Assembly (NCBI GenBank): GCA_964631575.1
Contig: CAZVYD010000003.1
Span: 1 to 59,078, forward strand
Origin: an uncultured Candidatus Bathyarchaeia archaeon
Lineage (GTDB): Archaea > Thermoproteota > Bathyarchaeia > 40CM-2-53-6 > JALHTG01
Reading direction: 5' to 3'
DNA: 59,078 nt
Below the pieces are notes generated by a model. The model was not told the origin of the DNA and made no database searches. It worked only from the letters and a program-made list of their open reading frames with translations. Shown here in pieces: positions 36,761-46,684 of the stretch (positions are counted from its first letter, which is position 1; each line of letters begins with the position of its first letter). The position numbers were made by a program, and so were the translations under genes.

Positions 36761-37981
36761 TTACAACTGCTGTCGGATCTTTCGATCGAGAGCGGTGCGA
36801 GTAGACTCGTCGAGCAATAGCCTCAGCCGATAGACTACCTCGTTGCCTCCTCGACTTCGAACTATCGGCATAACCACGACCACTATCAGAAATGCCAGCA
36901 TGATTATGAAAGCTGCCTGAACAAACAAAACGATGACATTCTCGGCAGTTCGCTCGACAGTCATTGTGGATGTCTGAGTGGTCGTGACCTGAGGAAGTCC
37001 CGGTACCGGAACACTAAGAGACAGCTCGGCACTAGCTTGGTCGCAGACGGCTCTTATCGTGACCGGATGTATCCCTGACGACTTTGCAGTCAGCATCCAG
37101 CTCAATTGCCAAGACGACCCACCCTCCAACGTTCCTCGGTTAGACACAGCTCCCCCAGAAATGACGATAATCTCTTGACCAGACGCCAACATCACAACAA
37201 GATTGGAAGCATTCAAGTCTCCCACATTTGTCACAGAAACAACAAGCTCCGTCCTATCAGGCAGTTCTCTCCATCTACCTTCATGGAGAAGAATTCTGAC
37301 AGGGTTGACTCGTCTTAGGCTGAAGTTTCTGAAGCACGAAACCGCGGGCGGAGGAACGGATGTGGTGAATCCAAGCTCCACCGCAACCTTCAACGCTGTA
37401 AGTTGAAAATACTCCGGATCCCCAGCATCTTTTCGGAAAAGCTTCAAGAGGTCCAATCTAACATTTTTCCAGTCGGAGTTTCCCGGCTCCTCATGCGTTT
37501 CGCCAATGATGGTAAAGTAACTGCTCTTACTCTGTCGATCGATTACATAGAACGTGATAAGGGACCTTGCAAAGTATGCCTTTGAGGGAAGCTCGGTGCG
37601 CACACTATATGAGAGTTCAAGATAGAACGAGAGATCGGGCCTTTGCACAATCTGTGACAACGATCCTTCTCGTACGATCTTGACGCTTTCCCCGTCGAGG
37701 AAAGTCGCTCCCTCCATCCTCCATCCTTCCGATCCCTTCTTGAAACCACCATTCGTCAACAACTCGACAGGGGCTCCAAAGGAAGATAGAACAAATGGAA
37801 TCATCGTCAAAGTTAGGACCAGCATGTGAAATACATTTCGAGTGGTCGGGGGGTGAAGGGCTTCACGTAGCAACCTCAGACATGGCTGGCTCCTTAGAGA
37901 AATGATCGGAAGGCGTCGTCGACTTGTGAAGCGATGCTTTTCTCGTCCTGTTAACTTCATGAGCGATCCACCTTGAGCCAC
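36761..37981 (-). CDS. membrane-anchored protein with CBM-like and CARDB-like extracellular domains
   Basis: Signal/TM, then ELLTNGGF..G..GW (CBM4/9-like start), VTNVGDLNA.NL.V, a Thr-rich linker and a C-terminal TM helix; true start probably downstream of 37981. Confidence 0.65.
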   Translation of the reverse strand: MAQGGSLMKLTGREKHRFTSRRRLPIISLRSQPCLRLLREALHPPTTRNVFHMLVLTLTMIPFVLSSFGAPVELLTNGGFKKGSEGWRMEGATFLDGESVKIVREGSLSQIVQRPDLSFYLELSYSVRTELPSKAYFARSLITFYVIDRQSKSSYFTIIGETHEEPGNSDWKNVRLDLLKLFRKDAGDPEYFQLTALKVAVELGFTTSVPPPAVSCFRNFSLRRVNPVRILLHEGRWRELPDRTELVVSVTNVGDLNASNLVVMLASGQEIIVISGGAVSNRGTLEGGSSWQLSWMLTAKSSGIHPVTIRAVCDQASAELSLSVPVPGLPQVTTTQTSTMTVERTAENVIVLFVQAAFIIMLAFLIVVVVMPIVRSRGGNEVVYRLRLLLDESTRTALDRKIRQQL

Positions 37982-38123
37982 ATAGTGGATATGCGATTGG
38001 CGACCCGCAGCCTAGGTTGGAACGCGATAACAGTCATATGCTCCAACTCGACTTGTCTAGCTGTCACGGAGCACATCAGCCGAAGATGACAAGCGGCGAA
38101 TCCATAATCACCGGTGCCGGCGT

Positions 38124-38636
38124 CTACGGCTCAGCCAACTCAAGAACATGCTGTTGAGCAGACCTTATGCGAATCCTACGCTCAACTCTCTGATCTCCAA
38201 ACTCTCCTCTGATGCTGATTATTCCTTCTCTGACACCTATGTCCCTGGGAATGAATCTGAGCTGCCACACTTTGATCAGCTCTCCTGGGACCTCCCACCA
38301 CTGCTTTTCATCTAAGCTGTAATAGAACTTCGGCGGGGACTTCTCTTCCTCACGAACTGTCAAAGAAATCTCAGGCGGACCTATGCGATCAGGCTGGCGT
38401 CGTTCCTCAGCCTTAGGTGACGCGGCGGACACGACGGTGATCTTCTCCACGCTCTCAATACCCGGGGTCACCACTTCATTAAGTGTTCGCTCCCACGCCT
38501 GCCTTATCTCTGCCTCATCTCTGCCATTGCCCTTACTGATTATCGTGGCGAAGATCACTTTCTTATCAGACACCCCTTCCAAGAGACTACACGACCTATC
38601 CGCTAGCCTCAGCTGCGCTCCAAAGCAAACACACAA
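38124..38636 (-). CDS. hypothetical protein
   Basis: Open frame filling the gap, with plausible composition; no recognisable motif. Confidence 0.5.
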   Translation of the reverse strand: MCVCFGAQLRLADRSCSLLEGVSDKKVIFATIISKGNGRDEAEIRQAWERTLNEVVTPGIESVEKITVVSAASPKAEERRQPDRIGPPEISLTVREEEKSPPKFYYSLDEKQWWEVPGELIKVWQLRFIPRDIGVREGIISIRGEFGDQRVERRIRIRSAQQHVLELAEP

Positions 38637-38779
38637 CCATCAGCACTAGTCCGTATTATGAGTTACGGAGAAGCGGTATTAGAAAACGGCCAGCATGGCT
38701 GTCAACTCCATCCTCTAAACAGGGACTCATACAAAACGCACTTTAGCCCGATCCAGTCATCCTTGTACCCGCATAAGCT

Positions 38780-39964
38780 ATGTCCGAGCCAAATATCGCA
38801 GACAGGCTACTTGAATACGGCCTAGCAGATATTGAAAGCGCGATCTACCTCTACGTAGCGAAAAGAGGACCTTCTCCTGCAGGAGAAATAGCTAGATCTC
38901 TATCGATCCGAAGAGGGCAGACATACAACATCCTAAAGGCCCTGCAGGAAAAAGGTATCATGGAGACAGTTCCAGGCAGGCCGATAAGATTCTCGGCGAT
39001 TCCGTTACCCAAAGCGATAGATGTTCTTCTGGAGGCGCATAGACAAAAGGAACGCCTAATGGAAAAGATCAAGCCTGAGCTACTTTCCATGTGGCAATCT
39101 GCCCTCTTGGCAAGAACAGAACAAATCGAAGAAGAGAAGTTTCAGTTCTTGAAAGGCATCGAAGGAATCTACCGAAAGGCTGTGGAGATAATTGATGAAG
39201 GCGAGAGGAACTTGATGATGATCGCTTCTGAACCTGCGCTTTTTCACATCGATAGACTTGGCGTTCTTGATAGGATGTACGAGGTTTCACGTAGAAATAT
39301 TGAAGTTAGGGTCTTAGCGGAGGTGACTCCAAGAGTTCGGAGGATAGTCTCGCACATGGGAAAAATCGCAACCAAAAGTTTCAGCGACTATCCATCGCCG
39401 CACTTCCTTATTGTCGATGGAAAACAGATAATCTTCTTGACGAGACCTTTGGAGTCAGTTGATCCAAGAGAGGCCACAGCTATCTGGACGAATAGTCCCA
39501 TGCTGATAAAGACAATGCAGCATCTTTTCGAGAATATGTGGACATCGGCAAGGTCGCTGTCGGAAGTACTCAGCGCGGCGGAGTTTGAGGCAAGAGGAAG
39601 AATGCCAATCAAAGCTAGATCCGAAACGCTCAAAGCTCATCAGGAAGAGTTTGCCAAGTATCTTGTGGCCGCTGGCTTCGATGTGAGGAAGGATCACATG
39701 GTAGTTGGTAGTTCAGGTGTGGAACATTCCTTTAGCCTTGGACTATTTCGAAATGGTGGAAAGCCTGTGGTCATAGACATAGAATCATCTGACAAGCCGA
39801 TCAGTTCCGTTCAAGTGATAAAGTTCTTTGCAAAGAAACTTGACGTTAAGGAACGAGTAGCTGACACTACGCTAGTAGTCGAACCCAACCTTGACAGAGA
39901 TGCGCGCAAACTTGCAGCTTTCTACCAGATCAAGTTCACTGAGCTTGGTTCAAGAATGGGCTAA
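38780..39964 (+). CDS. TrmB family regulator (HTH plus PLD-like effector domain) with a C-terminal Mrr/PD-(D/E)XK-like domain
   Basis: GL.D.E..IY...A.EIA..L.I.R.QTY.ILK.L.EKG...GRP..F; FLIVDGKQII; AIWTNS; GSSGVEHSF. Confidence 0.88.
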   Translation: MSEPNIADRLLEYGLADIESAIYLYVAKRGPSPAGEIARSLSIRRGQTYNILKALQEKGIMETVPGRPIRFSAIPLPKAIDVLLEAHRQKERLMEKIKPELLSMWQSALLARTEQIEEEKFQFLKGIEGIYRKAVEIIDEGERNLMMIASEPALFHIDRLGVLDRMYEVSRRNIEVRVLAEVTPRVRRIVSHMGKIATKSFSDYPSPHFLIVDGKQIIFLTRPLESVDPREATAIWTNSPMLIKTMQHLFENMWTSARSLSEVLSAAEFEARGRMPIKARSETLKAHQEEFAKYLVAAGFDVRKDHMVVGSSGVEHSFSLGLFRNGGKPVVIDIESSDKPISSVQVIKFFAKKLDVKERVADTTLVVEPNLDRDARKLAAFYQIKFTELGSRMG

Positions 39965-40144
39965 CGAAGTGACTCCACTCAGATTGGCTTGCTTGTAAGT
40001 TGCGGCCCTGAGAAGCGGCGTAGCAAGGCAAACAAGGTGGCTGAAGATACTCTACGCCGTTCTCATAATCAACTCTCTATTAGGGATTGGTCTGCTGCAG
40101 TCCTCTCTATTGACTACAAAGGTCGGCGAGATGCCAAAGTGTCC

Positions 40145-40465
40145 TCATATGCGGTACGATGTCAATCTCGTCTGCTGTTTATCTCTAGGATGAGTCCGCC
40201 GATAGGCCCGGTACAACAGGAAGGCTCCGACGCCCAATATCGGTGCAGAGATCACATAGCAGATCGGTGCCATCCAGAAGATCCATGCAATGTGTTGCAT
40301 CAAATATGACAAGTCCGTTGTACCTGTGATTCTTGAGGCAATGTTTCCCCCCAAAGACTGAAACAATATACCTATGACGAGTACTATGGCCCCGGCGACA
40401 ACCGTTTCGACCCCTGTGTTGTATGGGGCCAACTTGTCTTTCTCTACAGGCTTTTCCTTCTTCAT
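40145..40465 (-). CDS. small two-TM membrane protein
   Basis: Two TM helices and a basic tail; internal ATG (MKKEKP) preceded by GGT chosen as start. Confidence 0.55.
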   Translation of the reverse strand: MKKEKPVEKDKLAPYNTGVETVVAGAIVLVIGILFQSLGGNIASRITGTTDLSYLMQHIAWIFWMAPICYVISAPILGVGAFLLYRAYRRTHPRDKQQTRLTSYRI

Positions 40466-40591
40466 AGTAACCGAGGTGTAGGCGCATCGGCTTGTAATTA
40501 GGCTTTTCCAGGCCGCTCTGGTCCAATTTGAAGGTGAGATGGAGGTTCTTCGCTTTTCAGTTGATGTTCTTGAAGCTTTTTTCTTCAAGAG

Positions 40592-41542
40592 TTGCTGTCA
40601 CCTAGCAACAAACAAACAACCAAATACCGGTTGTGGAGTGAGAAGCATGTGGCAAGAATGCCTTTCGTCTCCAAGTCTCAGCCACTTAGATCATCGTGGA
40701 GACTCAGCCCGCTATTCTTGGCTTGCTCCAAATGTGGAGCTACGTTGTACACTGATCATCAGGCGTCGAGGCCTATGATCCTCCGGTCAGCCCTGAATCC
40801 GCCGGAAGACCCGGAGCCATCACTGGAAGACCTCGCGAATGGCTTGCCCTTGGTCTTCACAGACACCGGGGCCTACGTTGGAAAGATCCTTGGGGTCGAA
40901 GAAGGCGCCAAACTTAGGGTCATTAAATCTAACATTGAAGAATGTTGCCCTGCGTCCCGATTCGTCTTTTTTTCCTCTCGGGCGGTCATCTCTTCAGAGC
41001 CTATTACACTTCTCCTAATGCCCGAGTGGTTCGAGGAACTATCTGAATTCGTTCATCAACTGGATTACTATGAAGCAAGGATCCGACCTCTCTTGACCTT
41101 GCTCGCAAACCAGAAGATCAGCGAGGCATCCTTCACAATGCTGTTAGGGAAGTATACGGAGAGATTTCAGCAGGCTGAGTTTCGCAAAGCCCAGTTCTTC
41201 AAGGAAGTGCTAGAGACCGAGATCGCCAGAATCGCGGTTAGTCTTGAAACACTTGAGGCGCAGAGAATACTGGGCGAAAGAAGCGATGAAGAATTCCTGC
41301 TAAAGAAGAGCATGCTATCTCAAATCAAGGGATACCTCGAACTGGTGGTCAGCGGAATAGCAGGAGCCACAAGTGGAACGCATAAGCTATCAGAGGAAAT
41401 TAGAGAGCTAGTCAACCGGGGATCAATGTCTCTAACCACTGCCTCGAAGGCTCTTGCCATCATAGAGGTCTTGATAACGGATGGTCAGAGGCGCCAGAGG
41501 GATCAAGCTAGAATGTTGGAACAGAGGAGACAAGCCTCTTAG
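40592..41542 (+). CDS. CdvA-like protein (PRC-barrel-like plus coiled coil); start probably 40658
   Basis: VFTDTGAYVGKI...LLMPEW...KISEASF...LGERSDEEF..KKSMLSQIK parallels CdvA VKD.YGR..G...ILPEW...EI....Y...GEI....Y. Confidence 0.55.
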   Translation: MLSPSNKQTTKYRLWSEKHVARMPFVSKSQPLRSSWRLSPLFLACSKCGATLYTDHQASRPMILRSALNPPEDPEPSLEDLANGLPLVFTDTGAYVGKILGVEEGAKLRVIKSNIEECCPASRFVFFSSRAVISSEPITLLLMPEWFEELSEFVHQLDYYEARIRPLLTLLANQKISEASFTMLLGKYTERFQQAEFRKAQFFKEVLETEIARIAVSLETLEAQRILGERSDEEFLLKKSMLSQIKGYLELVVSGIAGATSGTHKLSEEIRELVNRGSMSLTTASKALAIIEVLITDGQRRQRDQARMLEQRRQAS

Positions 41543-42578
41543 TCTTCGCTGAGAACGCTCCTTTCTCAATCTGCGCGAGGGCCTTTCTCAGGCTCTCTCT
41601 TGATGACCTGATTTGGTTAAGCATTGAATCTATGGTTCGCAACTCGAATCCCAACACCGCGTTTGCATTCTGGTCCTTCGTCGATCTTGCGACCGTTGCC
41701 AGTCTAGCTTTCTGCTCCAAAAGAGAGCTTTCAAGCCCAGGTATCTTCTTGCGCCCGCTTTCGGTCGATAGTCTGTAGGAAACCGCTAAGTATGCATCTT
41801 CAAACTCCTTTTCAGAAATTCTGCCATTCTTCAAGTCTTCCAGTAGCCCTCCTATCATCGTCTTCAATCCCTGAGCCACAGCCAATGCTTCATTGGCCTC
41901 AAGGAACCATTGTGGCATCATGATCAGGGATCCCTTGAATTGCCCCGGAACGGAAGACAGGGGAATCAGTAGCAGTCGGCCCACTTCGCATTCGTAAGTT
42001 TCTCCACTGAGAGTCCTTATTTTAAGCACGTCCCCAAATGGATCAGCTTTTCCGGCAGCTAGGCCAAGCAGCGCACCATCATCACGATATACCTGTTGCA
42101 GATCATCACTTACGTTGTCGAATGTGGCAAAGGTGGGCGTTGTGCTCGCAAGTCTCAAGCCAATGTCAAGTCCTCTCTCAAACTTGAAACCACAGTACTC
42201 ACAGAACTTGTTGTCAAGGTGAATCGGCCTGCTGCATGACGGACACATCATGTGGATAGTGTGCGGAAGTCCAGAGATGGTCTTTGGGCTCTTCGTCTGC
42301 CAAACAGCCTCTTTATTGGGACTAGGCCCCCCCACGCCATAAAGTAGAGTTTCTCGCAAAGGCTTCTGCTTTCTTGCCTTGATTCTTGCCCTATTCACCG
42401 ATAAGTTCCACGCTGACAGCGCTGCGCTGACTGCAAGCGTGAGCGAGCCAATGATTCCAAAGGCAAAAGATACAAATTGATAGATCTTGGCAAACTGAAG
42501 GATTTGAGCAAGCGAGTAGACAAGGTATCCGAGACACATCAGAAGGACACCAAACATAAACGGAACCAATGTCTCCAA
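41508..42578 (-). CDS. membrane-anchored CdvA-like protein (2 TM, zinc ribbon, PRC-like, coiled coil)
   Basis: Two N-terminal TM helices; CPSC...FCEYCG; VYRDDGALLG...IMMPQW...GRISEKEF; aligns with 40592..41542. Confidence 0.55.
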   Translation of the reverse strand: METLVPFMFGVLLMCLGYLVYSLAQILQFAKIYQFVSFAFGIIGSLTLAVSAALSAWNLSVNRARIKARKQKPLRETLLYGVGGPSPNKEAVWQTKSPKTISGLPHTIHMMCPSCSRPIHLDNKFCEYCGFKFERGLDIGLRLASTTPTFATFDNVSDDLQQVYRDDGALLGLAAGKADPFGDVLKIRTLSGETYECEVGRLLLIPLSSVPGQFKGSLIMMPQWFLEANEALAVAQGLKTMIGGLLEDLKNGRISEKEFEDAYLAVSYRLSTESGRKKIPGLESSLLEQKARLATVARSTKDQNANAVLGFELRTIDSMLNQIRSSRESLRKALAQIEKGAFSAKTKRLVSSVPTF

Positions 42579-42637
42579 CGCTAGGCCACCCGATGAGTTC
42601 CGAATCCTATATCTTCCTGCACTCCCCGCCCTCTTGG

Positions 42638-43615
42638 CTAGGAGATTCTATTCAAGGCTTCATGGAAGCTCTGAGCGATCTCTTCGGGTCTCGCTCCCTC
42701 AATTACCTCCAACTTGTACATGCTGGCCAGCTTCTTCGCTGTATCGCTCAAGGCTGGAACAGCTATCAGGATTGATTTGGTCGGTGAGACATCGAAGGTC
42801 TTGGCGAAGACAGATATCACGTGCTCTTCACCGCAAACCTTGTCGCTAATAGTCATGTCAAGTGTGAGGGTGATCCTTCTGTTCTCCTGCGTCTTGGAGG
42901 TCACCAAGTCGAACGTATGCGATGTGCCAGAAGCCCCACGCACAGCACTTGACGTCTCAAGCTCGTATCCAGCCTCTCTCAGGATCTTCTTCAGCGGAAC
43001 AAGGAACAGAACTTCTCTTGCGAACTCTGTTTGGGCTGTCTTGTCAAGAACATATGAATATGCATCATCAAGAACGCTTTCCTTTACTCCGAACTTCGAG
43101 CTGCAATCTCGACAGTAATGTCTACCTTCGGGGGCATCGAACCGCTTACCGCAGCTTCGACATTGAAACCAAGTGCCCACCTGCCGATAATCTGACCCAA
43201 GGCCGCTGAGAGGCTTTCTGCACCGTGGACAAGCTGGCTTGCCGTTCTTGAGAAAGTGATCGTCGCTATCGATCGCTCCGCATTCAAGATGCTCATACAG
43301 GTCTCTCTTCTCAATCTCATGCGCTCCACAGTAAGCACAGTAGTATCTGAAGGTCACATTCTTGGAACTACAACTAGGACAGATCGTCATCTTCTCATAG
43401 AACTTCGGGCGCAATATGCCTGCTCGAACAAGCTGGTCCAGTAAAGCCTTGGCCTTCTGAGGGTCTCCGGCGATCTCCTCGACTCTTGGGTATCGAGCTC
43501 CAAGCACTGGATGCATTTCTGGTGAAAGTTCTGCGAGATTTCCGTCAACGAACATCCTGAGTAGGACCTGAACCTCAGGAATCTCGTACAACGGGACTCT
43601 CTCGGCCCTACTCAA
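42638..43615 (-). CDS. TackOD1-like multi-zinc-ribbon protein with a C-terminal Mrr-like domain (TTG start at 43615 preferred to 43741)
   Basis: CPSCSS, CAYCG, EHLECG, CPRC, CRSCG and CRDC motifs; GASGTSHTFDL; GGAGATG upstream of TTG. Confidence 0.82.
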   Translation of the reverse strand: MSRAERVPLYEIPEVQVLLRMFVDGNLAELSPEMHPVLGARYPRVEEIAGDPQKAKALLDQLVRAGILRPKFYEKMTICPSCSSKNVTFRYYCAYCGAHEIEKRDLYEHLECGAIDSDDHFLKNGKPACPRCRKPLSGLGSDYRQVGTWFQCRSCGKRFDAPEGRHYCRDCSSKFGVKESVLDDAYSYVLDKTAQTEFAREVLFLVPLKKILREAGYELETSSAVRGASGTSHTFDLVTSKTQENRRITLTLDMTISDKVCGEEHVISVFAKTFDVSPTKSILIAVPALSDTAKKLASMYKLEVIEGARPEEIAQSFHEALNRIS

Positions 43616-43741
43616 GACATCTCCACTCGACCGGTCACTGAAACCTGACCCGACTACCGCCCTCTCAAGAGCAATTGTACGCTCCAAGCCAAGTATATAA
43701 CCGTTGAATCGGGCAGATGAAGCTATACCGTGCGGCCCCAT

Positions 43742-46453
43742 CTACACAGGTATCAATTCTATGGGCGGCAGCTGTATCTCCGCTCCTCCTGAAGCCACGA
43801 TGAAACCGGTCCCTTGATCTGCATAGCCTACAAGCGAAAATTGCACGCCGCTTCTGCCATCCGGCATGAAGACCCAGTAGTCCCCATCGAGAGTTGTCGT
43901 CACTTCCATGAAGTCGGACACGCGCACTGTCGCCCACGAAACACGACGCCGTAAACCGTCACTCAACCCGTAGACAACACCGTACAGCCTGTTCAAGAGA
44001 TAGATTCGTTGGATATATCCAGCCTCCGAAGCTAAACATTGCAGAGTGAAAGTGGGGAAATTTGTCTGCGCGAACTTGTAGAGGTAACCGAACCTGCGCA
44101 CGGACAATGTGAAGTTGCCTTTCCCAAACCCATAATCATAGTGCCGCTCACCATCTGGAGTCACAAAGAAAAAGTGCCCCCACCCTCCGAAGCCTCGACA
44201 TGTGAAAGCTATGCTTGATCTCCCCACAGTCGCGTTCCCGATCTGCCCTCCTACAAGGGTCCCAGTTCCATCAAATAGATCGGCCCTATAACTCACGTTC
44301 TCGACCAAGCGATAGAAGACTCCTGCCCTCATCAAAACTCCTGTGGCGTTAATACCGCATCCGATGAGCATATCGATCCTGGCTGAGGAGCAGTAATACT
44401 GAACGTTGAGGCTCGGCCACGTTGACTGAAGGTACCCATACGTGAAAGCCTTCAGATTGTATATGCTTGGCCACAGGACAGTTGGGACTTCTCCCCAATA
44501 GATCACTTCGGCCAGGTCATAGTTCATACCCCCAAAGACAGTGGTCAAAGTTGTATCCGTAACATTAGGCTGCCCGCGCGCGATGATTCTCTCTGTATAG
44601 CCGTAAGAAAACTGGTTCACATCGTAATAGTATATTCTCGCCCTGTAGTGTACAGGTCCTCCGATGAACAGCCAGTTCGCAGCCATCTGTATCCGCATCG
44701 TACAGGGCCACGCGATTCCGGAGACCAATGTAGTCTTTATCGCTCCGCCCGCTGCCAGATTGACAGTGAGGGTCTGGTTTGAACCGAGCGCCAATGTCAC
44801 ATTCTCATTTGTCGTCTGGATGTAGCCTCTGATATGAACCTTCACGTTGTAGACGCCTCCGTCAAGGCCATAGTCCCTCATTCTCCAGTTCCCTGACCAT
44901 GTCCTGTTGTAGAACTCTGTGAAACCGAGAATGTAAAATCTGATAGTATTCTGATCGGCGTAAATAGTGACGCCGGAGCGTAGCGTTCCGTTTCGGACAA
45001 AGATTCCATTGAGCGACCAATCTGAGATCCGATACGCCTCCACCAAGACGTGCCCGCCGAAAATGGCGCCACTTGTGGTCCCGCAGACTCGCAGCTCAGC
45101 CTGCCGGGGCGACTCCAAGACCACGAGTGGTATTCCGGACTGTACAAACCGGATCGAGCCCGATATTACAGCTCCAGTCTTCAGGTAGATATCCCTCGAC
45201 GCGTCTTGCCCTTTCTGAATGATTTGGATCAGCGGCGTTATAGGGTCCTTCTGAACATATGCGAACACATACGCAGTCAGATTATATGTTCCCAATCCGA
45301 TTCCACAAAACTCCGTGGCAATAGGGTCTGCGCCCACATATTTCCGGCCCGTGCCGACCCTAATGAGGAAAAAGTCTCCTCCCGGTTGGTCTAGTGTGGT
45401 ACCATTCTCCATCGCAATCAACTTACCATTTGTGTCGCGCACTTCCACAACCCAATTCAAGATCGCAATGTATGGAAGACTGACCAGCCAAGGGTGATCA
45501 CTAAGCGACCGTATATCGCCAGGGATGCCCGGTCTCTGGTACTTTATTGACCCCGAGATCCTAGCCCCTCTATCAACATACATAGTCATAGTCAGGTTCT
45601 GTCTCCAAGACAGGGGTATAGGGTTCGGATACCACTGGCTCTGATTAGTTACCGCATATGCGAACCCGGTCGTCGGAAAGTATCCGGCGCAGGCCTCAAA
45701 GAAGTATCTTCCAGGCCGAAGTCCGGTCAGGTTGAAAAACCCTGTAGTAGCGTTCACCAACGCTCGGGCTTCCCTTTCTCTAGTCTCAACGTTGAAGGCG
45801 TAGACCACACCCTTCGCTTTGACGACTATACCACTCGGCGGAACTTCCGGATCCACAATATACCCGCGAACAGATGCCCAATCACGAGACCTGCAAACCA
45901 GAATCGTCATGTTCTCAGTAGGTCTCGTAGGGAAGATCGGCTTGCGCGTCGGAGAAAGGGCAAGAGATGTGGAGACATAGATCGTCACATTATAGAGCCC
46001 TGCCAGACTCGGAGCAACCATGTCCTTGAACCGGACTATCTGGGGAGCAGTGAACCAAGTCAGGTTCCAGCTCCAGATTATCACGTACCAAGGAGCATTG
46101 GGGTCGTAAGGAAAATGCTGTCTCATATCCGTCACGTTGTAATACCAGTAATCTTCTGTTATCGTAGACCAGACAAACGAAGTGTCATTTTCTCTGCTTA
46201 TTGGCACGAACTCCCAAGGTATCTCAATCTTGACCGCGAAGCCCGGGACCGTCACATTAACCTCGATATCTCCGCTCGTCCCGACGAAGACAGGCCACCT
46301 CGACGGACGCATAACCGCACGCTGATTCCCATAGGCCGGTTTGATGTGGAGCAAGAAATAGGGCAGAACAGCCGAGCAGAAGAGAATCAACGATACTACT
46401 AGTGAGGCGCCTTTCTTCAAGTGGATCGGCCTCGGCCAACGTCTGCCTAGCAT
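43742..46453 (-). CDS. large secreted surface glycoprotein, paralogue of 28056..31805
   Basis: Signal peptide; EIPWEF, APSLAGLY, GFFNLTGLRPGRY, DYGL.GGVY.VK, KAFTYGY.Q and SWATV...TLDG.Y shared with the 1249-aa protein. Confidence 0.8.
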   Translation of the reverse strand: MLGRRWPRPIHLKKGASLVVSLILFCSAVLPYFLLHIKPAYGNQRAVMRPSRWPVFVGTSGDIEVNVTVPGFAVKIEIPWEFVPISRENDTSFVWSTITEDYWYYNVTDMRQHFPYDPNAPWYVIIWSWNLTWFTAPQIVRFKDMVAPSLAGLYNVTIYVSTSLALSPTRKPIFPTRPTENMTILVCRSRDWASVRGYIVDPEVPPSGIVVKAKGVVYAFNVETREREARALVNATTGFFNLTGLRPGRYFFEACAGYFPTTGFAYAVTNQSQWYPNPIPLSWRQNLTMTMYVDRGARISGSIKYQRPGIPGDIRSLSDHPWLVSLPYIAILNWVVEVRDTNGKLIAMENGTTLDQPGGDFFLIRVGTGRKYVGADPIATEFCGIGLGTYNLTAYVFAYVQKDPITPLIQIIQKGQDASRDIYLKTGAVISGSIRFVQSGIPLVVLESPRQAELRVCGTTSGAIFGGHVLVEAYRISDWSLNGIFVRNGTLRSGVTIYADQNTIRFYILGFTEFYNRTWSGNWRMRDYGLDGGVYNVKVHIRGYIQTTNENVTLALGSNQTLTVNLAAGGAIKTTLVSGIAWPCTMRIQMAANWLFIGGPVHYRARIYYYDVNQFSYGYTERIIARGQPNVTDTTLTTVFGGMNYDLAEVIYWGEVPTVLWPSIYNLKAFTYGYLQSTWPSLNVQYYCSSARIDMLIGCGINATGVLMRAGVFYRLVENVSYRADLFDGTGTLVGGQIGNATVGRSSIAFTCRGFGGWGHFFFVTPDGERHYDYGFGKGNFTLSVRRFGYLYKFAQTNFPTFTLQCLASEAGYIQRIYLLNRLYGVVYGLSDGLRRRVSWATVRVSDFMEVTTTLDGDYWVFMPDGRSGVQFSLVGYADQGTGFIVASGGAEIQLPPIELIPV

Positions 46454-46684
46454 GGTGCCTCACTGATGGAGAGTGAACGTGAAGCTACGGTTATGTCGGC
46501 GCGAATAATAAGAACATTTCCAGAATAAGACAATGGATCGTATTACCTTTGGCTGGTGAGACCGCATATTTGTCAAGATGGGGGGTTGACGCCTAGTCCA
46601 ATCGATGATCCATACCATTCCTCTACCCGAGCCAACTTGGATCGCTTCAAGCAAAGGAGGAGGCTCTCCGTGCCTCTAGCGCTC

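Noticed and set aside
38780-43741. Restriction or defence system based on the Mrr-like domains
   Set aside because: The catalytic (D/E)xK motif is degenerate, the domains are fused to regulatory modules, and no methyltransferase is present.
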